DNA of 64,000 nucleotides, taken from assembly GCA_015231405.1 (NCBI GenBank), contig JADGBR010000009.1, positions 25,423-89,422 of the forward strand, in the 5' to 3' direction. A model generated the notes under the pieces. The model was not told the DNA's origin. It worked only from the letters and a program-made list of their open reading frames with translations, and ran no database searches. A program made the position numbers and the translations under genes. The stretch's first letter is position 1; every line of letters begins with the position of its first letter. Origin of the DNA: Candidatus Omnitrophota bacterium (GTDB lineage Bacteria; Omnitrophota; Gorgyraeia; Tantalellales; Tantalellaceae). Shown here piece by piece: positions 58,901 through 64,000 of the stretch.

Positions 58901-61900
58901 TGTTCCAGCGTATGGCCTCGTCATATAGAGCCTTGTTCCTCCTTATCAGGTTCGAAGGGAGAATATTCTCAGGATGCGCGACCACTTCTCCTTCTTCCGT
59001 CTCGTCGAGCATTTCGCGGGTCAGGCATGCAACCACGCTTTTTACGCGTTCATATCCCGTGGTAACGGTCCAGTAATGGAATTTCTGGGGCTCATTATCC
59101 TCGTCGAGTATCTCCCATATCTCCGGCAGAGCTCTCCTTCCTTCTATAAAATCCACATCGATCTCGCTGTAAGCCATATTCGTGCCGCTCGGTTTTGACA
59201 AAGGCTGGTTCTGCTGGCCAGGCTGGTTCGGTATAGGCACCGGCTCGGGATGGGTCATTACCCTCATAGGGTCCATGCCGACGGCTCTCGCCGCCGCCTC
59301 GCCCGCGGGGACTATATTCATCCCGCCCAGCGTCAGCGGTATGATGGTAGCCAACGACACATTGAACCGGTCCGCCGGATACTCACCGTTGGTCACGCCA
59401 TGAGCTATGCTCCGTTCCGCGCAGCTCCCGGCCGTAGGGCCCGGCATACACGGCCTCATCACGTCGAGATCGGTGGCGAGTATCCTCGCGTATCCGACAA
59501 CTCCTTCATGTCCCAGCTCGGCATGAAGAGCCTCTAGTATTTCTCTATTGTCGATAACTCCCCTGTCAGCGGCGAATCCTGAAAGGTCAGGTTGACCAGC
59601 CGCGTCGTTGAGTATCCCTGTCGCCGCGATGAAATCCAGGGCTTCAGGCCGGAGCCGCGCGGGATGGGCCTCTGTTCCCCTTAACCTTTCAATTATCCTT
59701 TTTAGGAGGGCAGCGTCAAAGCCGGAATTCTTATCCGCCCAGGTCGGATTCCCGGCGAACTGCGGCGGAGTGGGTACGGCGTTGAACATGCTCCTTAAGA
59801 GTTCTATCTGGTCATAGCCGTTGATATACACATAATGATAGTTCCGCATCGTCCTGCCGACCGCGCCTGTTTGGGCCTCTTCGGCTGACTGCTGATCCTC
59901 GCCCGCTATCGATTCCGCGACCTTGTACTCATCGTCCGTAACGAACGTCCTCGTCTCTTTCCAGAAGAACCCGTTCGATTTCAGCCACGGTTTGAGGAAC
60001 ATTGTGCAGATCATGAACGCCGTACCGCCTGTCACGATGAACATCTTGATGCCCATATTCACCCATGTTGCGCTTTTGTCTATCCCTATCTCTAAAGACC
60101 CCAGGCTCAAGACTTCAGGGAGCGCCGGAAGACCGAAGAAATATATAGCGTGGCTGACAGCGACCAGGATGCCGACGAGGACCAGCATCGTCCTGGCGTG
60201 CCGTTTCAGCACGGTCTGGAGCGCGGCCATAGACCCTAATCTGCCGTGTTCCTTGCTTTCCCTGGCGGCGATATGCGCCCTGTTCTTTTTGGCTGCCAGA
60301 GGATCGGTATACCCTTTAAGGTTCTCGATAAGTACCGTGGTTTCCCATAACTCATAAGGCACGGTATGCGCGAAAAGCTCTTTGCTCTCTTTTTTCGTTC
60401 TGGAGCTCACCACCTTAAGAGCCCCGTTCGGCTTTGTCTCGAGCCTTTCGGCGTACGCGCCTGAGCCCTGGACAATACCCTCGTCCCCGAAACCGGGGAG
60501 CACGAACCCGCCGGATGTACCGGCGTTAATGTTGTTATCGTCCTGGTTGAACTTTATCTTGCGCCATCCCAGGCCTTCGAGATCCTGTACAAGCATCCTC
60601 TTATACCTCATCTCATCCACTACCCATACGCGCCACCTCAACCGTTCCCGGCCTTTGGAATCCAGGACCCTAAGAGCGTCATTCATAAGCGCGGTCGTTT
60701 CTATCCTGGCTATCCTGATGGTGTCGAATATGTCCTGGTATGCCTGGAGATCCAGGGTTAAGCTGTTAACGTCCGGAAGCGGCACCCTCATGGGAATGCC
60801 CTTGATATTTTCGGCGACGAGCTTCCTCATTAACGCCGTTTCCGGGTCGTCTTCTCCGCGAGCGGCAATAAGCTGGCGAAGTCCCGTCTCCACTTCGTTC
60901 AGATTATCATTGACCAGTTTCATCGCCTCGGCCTGCGCCCTGGCGTATTTCGCCCTTTTGGAGACGGGGCTGGCCAACAATTCCTTAACGAACCATCTCA
61001 GCATCGGGAACCATTGCCGTTCGATAGCTTTCCACTGTTTGTTGTTTACGGATATTGTCCTTATCTCTTTCCTCTCGGGCCAGATCAGACTTATAGCGAT
61101 GATGACAATCCCGCTTATCCAAAGGTTATTGTTCGGGAAGACCATTATCCCCGTAAAACCGGCAAGCCATATCCCGAGGGACGCCATACCGATGACCGTT
61201 ATACCGAATGCGGTCGAAGGCCGTATCGACCTTTGAGCTTCCCATAATATCTCTATAGGTTTTGCCATATTGCCCATATCTGTCGCTTTTTTCGCGCGCC
61301 TGCCAACGTACTTGTCTATCAATTTTATGACTTCGCCCACTCCTTTATTGCGCGCTGTTTTTTCAACGCCCGGACCTGGCGCGGCCGCCGGAGCCGACGG
61401 ACCTTTCGTCGGTCCGACCGGTTTAGCTTCCCCAGATCCCCCTAAAGGAAGGACCGGTTCCGTATACGGCTTGGCCCTCCACTTTCTTAGCGTCCCGACA
61501 TTCTTCCTCAAAATGTTAGCGCCGAACAGCAATAACGCCAAAGCCAGACCGTACATGCTTATGTCCATTATGAATGTTTTCCACTCGTCGACGTCGTCAG
61601 CCATGTAGGTAAGCGTCCCGGGCTTATGGAGGTTGACCATGGTCACCACCTGGTCGACCGCCTGGTCACGCCTCACGCTCTTGGCTTTTGTCGCGAACAC
61701 AGTATCCCCTCTCGCGACCGATACGGCCTGTTCGTATATGACCGAATATATCTTGTCTATACTTTCTTCGGTCACCCCTTCCAGAGCGTATTTTCCCATA
61801 AGCACTTCTATGGCCGCCTTGATCTTGGGGTTATCTGAAATAGCTTTCACCTCATCGCTGATGTCCCCATATTTGGAATTGACCGTCTGATCGGCCCAGG

Positions 61901-64000
61901 ACACAAGCTTAGCGATAAATTCGTCCGTATTGACCGACCCGGGCTCGACACCCGCGAGAGTCGATATGACCTCTTTTACGAGAGTCACCGCCTTCAATGT
62001 CCTCATGATCTCCGGGCTTACTAGAGGATCTCGTACATTCCTTTCCTTCATCAGCGTATATACCGCCGTTAATAGCTCCTTATTATCGTGCGCCCCGAGT
62101 TTGTTATCCGGGTCTATCCCGTCGAGGAACTCCGTCAGCCTCTTACCCATGGCCCCTTCGGGAAAAACCTCGTATATTGTGCTTCTATCCGAGCCGAATT
62201 TAAGTAGGGACCTCTGATCCGGGACCTTCCCTGCGCTGACCCTCATAGCACCGTTGATCACATCAACACCGCCCAGCGAGTTATCGCTGAAAACGGTCTG
62301 CTCCGGATCCTCAACGATCCTTTGCAGCATCATCCCCCGGATGAATACGTCCCCTTCGAACGATTCCGAACTTCCGCGTCCTATGGATATCCTCATTCCA
62401 AGTTCCGCTATCCTCGTGGGGTCGACTTTTTTCTGAAAACCCGGCCGTACCCTTACAGTTATCCAGCCTTCGGTATTGTTCTCTCGGTTGCCCCTGGTGA
62501 TATTTATCGTGAACCCCGTGCTTTCCTCCCCGTTTCCCGTCTTTATGTTCACCCAGTTGCCCTCATGCCTGCCGACATCCCCGGACCATCCCTTGTTCGC
62601 GCAGGACGCCTCGACACCGTTCGCGATTATCCTGTTCTCACCCAGGAACGCCGATCTGCCCTCTTCCCCGTCGAACTTCACCTGGTAAACGAATTCCCAG
62701 TTCCTCAGGTCCACCGTGCCGTCCTGGCCGACCTTAAGTTCATCCTCTTTTACGCCTTCTAAAAGCTCTTCAACCGGCATATATATTGAAGCGCATCTGC
62801 CTTCATCGTTCCCCCCCAGCTGTCTGCCCCGGATACTGATATGATATTTGAGAACGCCTTTCTGTGTGGCTGCGTCCCATCCAAGTACAGGCACCATGTT
62901 GGTCAAATTCCTTCCTGTCGCCCTGCTGAATCCGGGTAAAGCCGTATGACGCTCGTAAACTACGGAATTAAAGTAGGGTATGGGCGTTTTTATCCCGTTC
63001 CAGGCCACAAGACTGGCCAGCTCACTGTTTATCTGGTAGTACTTGTCGTCGGCGATCTCTCTGCTTATCTTCCCGTCCCTGACCGACTGGTCAAGTATGC
63101 GTCCGATGGCTATCAGTTTGGCCGTTATTATGTACGGGGCGGCCTGTTTCATTTTCTTCCATTGTTCCTGTATGTATTTCTCGCTCGCGCCCTCGTACAT
63201 CGCCCTGAATCCCTCGACCGGTTCCTTACTTCCTAGCATATTTATATCGTCGGTCACCCATCCCTTTAGATAATCCACATCCCAGTTGTTCTTGAGCTGA
63301 TCGATGAGATAATCCAGTATCTCGGAATAGGAATGTCCTTCCGCGAACTGGGCAAGACCCAAGAGCGATAAAGGCGGCCTTAACAGATACTCGATCTTAA
63401 TGGTCTTCGCCCCCTCGATCATTTCCTCGCTCAATACCTTGTATATCTCTATGACTTCGGGCTGGCTTACCTCAAGGTCTCTGGCGCCGTTCCTCTCTAT
63501 CTCATTAACGGTACCCCTGATCTTCATCCGCACATTGGGGTCTTTGGCCGAAACCCCGTAGAAGTATTTGAACACCCCGGGCTGTGAATCCACTGGAACA
63601 GTGAAAACATAATCTTCCCCGGCCTCTGCCGTCTCACCTTCCGGGCCCATCTGACCCGCTTGTCCGGACTCTCCTTTGGCACCTTGGGCTCCTTCTTTTC
63701 CCTCTTCCGCTTTAGTGACCTTAGCCTGGCCGCGATCCCGGGACGGCACAACGATCTTTTTTACGCGGAAGAAAAGTACCGGTTTCTCGCCGCTATTATC
63801 GATACGTCCGTTGCCAAGAAATTTCACGTCTTTGACCTCGCGCTCCGCTCTTGACGCCATACGCTCGTCGACCACATCGACGCGAAAGATCTTACCGGTA
63901 TCCCTGGACAGGGGGTCCCGTATCCTCACATATGCGAATGACGGGGCCCTCAGATCATCGTACCCTATATCGGCCAGCACCGTGAAATTGTCCTCGCCAA
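46971..64000 (-). CDS. Giant protein G4 (more than 5670 aa, 5' end outside window): CBM-like, GT2 with TMs, two guanylate kinases, HIT-type, methyltransferase, HAD-like, ROK, shared C-terminal domain
   Basis: Track ORF 46971..63980. The frame has no stop up to 64000 (..GEDNFTVLADIG..), so the GTG at 63980 is probably internal. Confidence 0.92.
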   Translation of the reverse strand, partial: GEDNFTVLADIGYDDLRAPSFAYVRIRDPLSRDTGKIFRVDVVDERMASRAEREVKDVKFLGNGRIDNSGEKPVLFFRVKKIVVPSRDRGQAKVTKAEEGKEGAQGAKGESGQAGQMGPEGETAEAGEDYVFTVPVDSQPGVFKYFYGVSAKDPNVRMKIRGTVNEIERNGARDLEVSQPEVIEIYKVLSEEMIEGAKTIKIEYLLRPPLSLLGLAQFAEGHSYSEILDYLIDQLKNNWDVDYLKGWVTDDINMLGSKEPVEGFRAMYEGASEKYIQEQWKKMKQAAPYIITAKLIAIGRILDQSVRDGKISREIADDKYYQINSELASLVAWNGIKTPIPYFNSVVYERHTALPGFSRATGRNLTNMVPVLGWDAATQKGVLKYHISIRGRQLGGNDEGRCASIYMPVEELLEGVKEDELKVGQDGTVDLRNWEFVYQVKFDGEEGRSAFLGENRIIANGVEASCANKGWSGDVGRHEGNWVNIKTGNGEESTGFTINITRGNRENNTEGWITVRVRPGFQKKVDPTRIAELGMRISIGRGSSESFEGDVFIRGMMLQRIVEDPEQTVFSDNSLGGVDVINGAMRVSAGKVPDQRSLLKFGSDRSTIYEVFPEGAMGKRLTEFLDGIDPDNKLGAHDNKELLTAVYTLMKERNVRDPLVSPEIMRTLKAVTLVKEVISTLAGVEPGSVNTDEFIAKLVSWADQTVNSKYGDISDEVKAISDNPKIKAAIEVLMGKYALEGVTEESIDKIYSVIYEQAVSVARGDTVFATKAKSVRRDQAVDQVVTMVNLHKPGTLTYMADDVDEWKTFIMDISMYGLALALLLFGANILRKNVGTLRKWRAKPYTEPVLPLGGSGEAKPVGPTKGPSAPAAAPGPGVEKTARNKGVGEVIKLIDKYVGRRAKKATDMGNMAKPIEILWEAQRSIRPSTAFGITVIGMASLGIWLAGFTGIMVFPNNNLWISGIVIIAISLIWPERKEIRTISVNNKQWKAIERQWFPMLRWFVKELLASPVSKRAKYARAQAEAMKLVNDNLNEVETGLRQLIAARGEDDPETALMRKLVAENIKGIPMRVPLPDVNSLTLDLQAYQDIFDTIRIARIETTALMNDALRVLDSKGRERLRWRVWVVDEMRYKRMLVQDLEGLGWRKIKFNQDDNNINAGTSGGFVLPGFGDEGIVQGSGAYAERLETKPNGALKVVSSRTKKESKELFAHTVPYELWETTVLIENLKGYTDPLAAKKNRAHIAARESKEHGRLGSMAALQTVLKRHARTMLVLVGILVAVSHAIYFFGLPALPEVLSLGSLEIGIDKSATWVNMGIKMFIVTGGTAFMICTMFLKPWLKSNGFFWKETRTFVTDDEYKVAESIAGEDQQSAEEAQTGAVGRTMRNYHYVYINGYDQIELLRSMFNAVPTPPQFAGNPTWADKNSGFDAALLKRIIERLRGTEAHPARLRPEALDFIAATGILNDAAGQPDLSGFAADRGVIDNREILEALHAELGHEGVVGYARILATDLDVMRPCMPGPTAGSCAERSIAHGVTNGEYPADRFNVSLATIIPLTLGGMNIVPAGEAAARAVGMDPMRVMTHPEPVPIPNQPGQQNQPLSKPSGTNMAYSEIDVDFIEGRRALPEIWEILDEDNEPQKFHYWTVTTGYERVKSVVACLTREMLDETEEGEVVAHPENILPSNLIRRNKALYDEAIRWNIDLYAGMKISKEYDKYSKMAEKARPGDPVGDMMVKIFDRETGVYKSKEEYIFEEMREREGPSVMQGIPIQMPYGLNKSFFLDYNGWGPVKFGLVAPRTPIAIIATILGIVLGLIGSTLTISAFSLSVIVLANAVFLPIIGYYGAFIFSSSLVRVARERGWDFIMRMAQTHTVFHLDGLSNWFESRSMLGYENDGTRTARGKVEDILEAARVDVHENLATAEKGRMLIMMAELSGLKPLGMHPRDDTTEDKALGMRVTQRGKRVYYYTDMGSSVLEQAGPMGFAWHGQRSRWIMIVSSAAILGASFSLTIPIFTYGFAGIVGGILGLRTGIAVGLTGTLLGAIAGLLLGYAASRGFTLLLCRLGFIEQPEQVENRIKQIGWGNFFINILLDSGFTSTIFTALSFAVTFFYFLAFVGAEILGKVAVFSGMPLSSMLARDSSGLSGLVHVFSETMKTWLPWDIWFIASASVGVTIMMTFYFYQVYHNVTALFKNKLGGTEKISKGISDFYSDRLEEFRNDLAKVESGATGGFQQDDVTNWVTKDLKYLEDAALEITAINLRGDITPAEKKRSSRQVITMLRKWLLHGDRDFDKQKRDGGRSTFFADLLSDYYSSPALNVNGAVQRGRALIAESIRTRIGTLEAEMNKFSRGQFRPGLLTFVLGAVLVLNAVFMVQTYMFLTLMVPGVMLIGTVILFQLFKWYLPVGRMPYFYIYYISKAFYMPLYFVNLNAAARLVWYQIRNRLDNVWPYTEKVLPVGLDRLPQRIYAQQQLRPDKELWHFYSEKWDKFYLYMRHSGFRQLWTYGFAFFTILYLCFLMPAYYAKKYFGLSAVKAAPVADAFRTLITGQDMSAVQAASGGSSGLLAQIAQNHLPLVILGGAVLFALVLVLVNKRFSGERTRRHSKIQGDPDCPVVITVSGPSGVGKGTVIDGHPGRGIKGIFERYPNAQRVVSYTTRTVRPTEQDGREHRFIDRAEFEKMRDEGKFLQWIDFGGNFYGVTRDSIDEILAEGKDALIDLDAAGAAAVRNTYSDRIVDLFISPIATDRLEEGDTAGTLSKESENAVRAVLIYRILTRTFPDNQDIPEPEVIEKALNETGALPEAIRPLVDDNIGARLDSVINETKKFGEFSIVMSNVFWDQAAIIDRLISEIKAKKAELKERDMNRAAWRTRIIRRLIGLLAGLGVYFAAGVARGGGRREVISQIAELSMKKTSGEILSGSVIPFFGSGLLTGILLVIVVLVVYKFIRVAFPLKKVPAKPEPKEITIAPELERALATPTEEQIKSNPIILVFSGPSGVGKRRMLNRFAETHPNAVRVVSYTTRAPREGEVEGRDHKFISEAEFEKMADTNKFFHTVKFGDMRYGIVKDEIDSAISSGKDVIVDIDVEGAKVVRETYPGNIVDVYVSPIAIDRLTRRMPDTGRIEPAALEEATRVLKERLVREEYGGAEPGEAVIAANRGIQERMSRGVRELRRWKDFHYLVANINGNEDAAVNEVSEYYRREKITRSLKEFNFGVDSRGPPDNALADFVSMRVKQVYDSGVMPYPYDPETIQLDMGNGAKTSITYIPGRGQYKPARPTEMTEEMFRDHQEFTFTQKGARRCWACQLKKFSDYALFKSSFSEDGVPTPRKYVSWINMNVTFRDHILLATEEASPQTLNRDKLVDSLTFADNLGPEFEGFFNTRPHGSVGHFHAHYYRKSSSIWEGLDAEDGAAGKIRKKNIREIGDVEVSELDNWNAGVLLTGWSKTQIAGILSYWIDELNESVKPYIISFRVKGDGKYEVFFKPVTDNSTMTVLGVKQSGAVSYHYGNGICSSPRMWEKIQSDPKGAARDIKRWIKKTTNRSFRPERPEPDMTLKGREMELAAVGEDKAGIQDAVQARPFEMLSRLAGDPIERFFRRLFGREKGASNVVLEFGCGSGEQSNWLVSKGVNCIGVDISVRYLAKASEMAKIYGLRSLATGVENITKQWIDQAKAIASKTKKPFVVYSLIKEDGRIPLEDNSVDGVTIHRVYSTLLDDNMKRKVLSEIYRVLKPGGYFSGLDFLKIAPELSEKDENVKLRNLAISRRYAVHAEVLRRMNERGTLPEYLNADTVMRNFVASADLSRNEDALIILQKRNYSRQDWEFSKTKAAVPDVIRDMTYDEFFTEKSYTADQFMEALDAGIVSIQTVVQHVSGPRFQEFVEDSGMEVLGVKSFRYLHEGGKGWSAATSLFAEKPKTPRSRSVSGVFRFAEKDLDLISGRFEGLGTYPETISAILEELGKGLKDEEDHWFYSRIIRLTGAPDLRQNRDGKKTYYGRVPFVKEDGKRGKLINAATPVFDFDKDDTLDKGETSLSDDSARRLAAMIALGRKVGINTAKALEELRTVKNSLTGETGLELYTPLRDAMIANVSTENWDASIEDVADDILTDLFDLFLDTSATKLVPKRGARSQYELDIEPSFQAGFSSDVSAKIMDLLTYHGAHEPYMELNHALARQREILTAKGFGGYANLPEMNIYAMDLPEGHPLRAKCGPRVITKLLYRPFGYKPKPEKKTPEYEAVLEARKEVEKVLVKLFEGMHERNELGDISIIPVVAGKNAIDLNMVQVLGRTPYPVAMRHEPFAPLEIGTYQRIQKDRAIEHQAREGYVDITYHDNEALAGNGLAVTQRLMQNPIPGIDLKVVAADLNKPEELAKATIVAERYIGGGMHGKAAYREAEVLYADLARGGMAPDKIEGLYYLGGEFDEIGSYLDRAIENMSDGRKGPASAVHPFRALGAFVHAAAGITAYILLILGAIAAKDDTLVNIALWGGIPVFVLPALFHAYAAIIVFAKMWEHDREFSGGKVRWMTHLKDAMVTPIMTSKLKLTHEQINDLVGNSKDRAEKVNMLRTAASGRAYLGQPAEVGTTSLLSDDQIFALVDMTNTHNSLARSILAHEMAPSFMGMGLLTHIKAMYTMIWDYVKALHLSIELSSEANMRQFFSDRLRTYDQRYGKGFKPVTYWHSVMREARGRYREYMKDVEIVFDMGKDGSQRFVVPLPVNSNEMPEIRELLVRYLTIVLRNRMEAIGPQYVYLKYDDSVADMVKEARDAMYTDDFFPTIDAINNTYRVVRRKAMGINSEEELQIFISEEYKRLEREYLSGDRASKGELTKDESDNLKAQAEINLGGYEFQFIRAVTREELSRMDSIKAKGIKVRRENMQEARDLNLKGLKNIAPGDFMAGVDVGGSDVKLLLYKGKDIIFYKKYNWAPENFTKGSTEHVDTMRDLIYIMELKAILSQRTQPDQELDVLEKEIDSVSYRSDVSSAENEAASEASIVKIRSIIERAGENEYIKSRLYSASGEKQKILAGVGISWPDIIVDNLIVGGDTAKTKGLTKEEFNEIVTPMADTLKISLGGVPVVIKNDGDVGAFWASVELNRGNVLALALGTSLAGGYVPHSGVLGNLRTYASRMIIDMRKDNEVSYEKFPGTPTGIAALYLSQKNIMILAKEKGLDLGPVKSAGRAQQLKYVQKILNENLPGADIVREIYDEMGLYMASFLAEISDYYDHRDLIRTVVVTGRCFESPEGNRIMLGNGRDKGRIHRVLNDSYPEIADLEIMLAEELAGNDPSVNAFAQAMGAAYLANQEVTRLRNAEQAQGLAGTSVESMVIGVETDSTQAELDKYMASTGLGSVKVLALPKGNEKEENMGILDTYRRQHNLLWAGMADQQEIGGRRKLRQAIGALVRQIEINETRLFLKKRAEDIKALTIMTPETVEEIARAKGVWKEILGEIKLPVMMAEINDLSMYNFNLCDIADKTLTKLDTGTMNYIDDVNKQPGIVEMTVGSLGEARIQAESFRLRNPKKLKLVLTVAMEDSGLSPVDAAALDADIAKLNSDKDAILKKMGIDSILRKDDLTIIKRSEHDQAVENKMIERVQQYGKGNVAVVDMISKTRRERRMPEGAIYMEYNDIATSEVLDATLKLLSVKGDKAKVTIKGLTMNAFGHFIFVRKIEAINIEELKNEFKRYQEILTRA
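48130..49360 (-). other. ROK-family sugar kinase-like domain in G4
   Basis: AGVDVGGSDVK, GVGISWPD, PVVIKNDGDVGA, LALGTSLAGG, VVVTG, AQAMGAA. Confidence 0.75.
50850..52000 (-). other. HAD-like (subfamily II) domain in G4
   Basis: FDFDKDDTL (DxDxT), GINTAK, QKDRAI and YHDNE..GN as possible HAD motifs I-IV. Confidence 0.45.
52290..53210 (-). other. Class I SAM-dependent methyltransferase domain in G4
   Basis: VLEFGCGSG, IGVDIS, IPLEDNSVDGV, LSEIYRVLKPGGYF. Confidence 0.85.
53420..54300 (-). other. HIT/GalT-type nucleotidyl transferase or phosphorylase domain in G4
   Basis: CWAC, IN..FRDHILL...PQ and FFN...GSVGHFHAH (HxHxH). Confidence 0.65.
54430..56180 (-). other. Two tandem guanylate-kinase domains separated by a hydrophobic hairpin in G4
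   Basis: GPSGVGKGT..VVSYTTR..DGREHRFI..FYG and GPSGVGKRR..VVSYTTRAPREGEVEGRDHKFIS..RYG. Confidence 0.9.
56220..60200 (-). other. Processive GT2 with TM helices in G4 (paralog of the G1 GT2)
   Basis: KPSGTN, LDEDNEP, DDTTEDKALGMRV, QRSRW. Confidence 0.8.

Noticed and set aside
55-63854. Numerous plus-strand ORFs of 60-368 aa (e.g. 7612..8718, 5012..5926, 35341..36195, 60382..61236)
   Set aside because: They are antisense shadows of the giant minus-strand genes, with Ser/Pro/Ile-biased composition and no recognisable motifs.
63978-63980. GTG given as the start of the 5669-aa ORF
   Set aside because: The frame stays open to the window edge and the position aligns with an internal part of G1.
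1-64000. Stop-codon reassignment as the cause of the giant ORFs; tRNA or rRNA genes
   Set aside because: The giant ORFs are open in the standard code, and I recognised no tRNA or rRNA in the short intergenic gaps.

Overview
About 61 of the 64 kb are occupied by four co-oriented giant genes on the minus strand, interrupted only by a degenerate IS66-type element and short AT-rich promoter regions. G1 (<1..23538, at least 7846 aa) is absent from the supplied ORF track because it runs off the window. It reads: N-terminal hydrophobic segment, QDAH/EG/GGxH domain, HExxH motif, SecA-like ATPase, multi-TM block, helical region, GH5-like hydrolase, CBM-like domain, processive GT2 with TM helices, shared C-terminal domain. 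G2 (26151..34625, 2824 aa) has the same N-terminal domain, PTS enzyme I, HPr-like repeats and the shared C-terminal domain. G3 (34698..46808, 4036 aa) has the same N-terminal domain, phosphomannomutase, nucleotidyltransferase/LbH, YvcK/CofD-like and cupin-like domains. G4 (46971..>64000, more than 5670 aa) is a paralog of the C-terminal third of G1 with a ~2700-aa in-frame enzyme cassette (two guanylate kinases, HIT-type, SAM methyltransferase, HAD-like, ROK). The array looks like a family of modular 'chassis plus cargo' giant proteins whose cargo could form a sugar-activation and glycan-polymerisation pathway. The architecture resembles giant genes reported from Ca. Omnitrophota (inference only). 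All domain calls come from manual motif recognition, not database searches.
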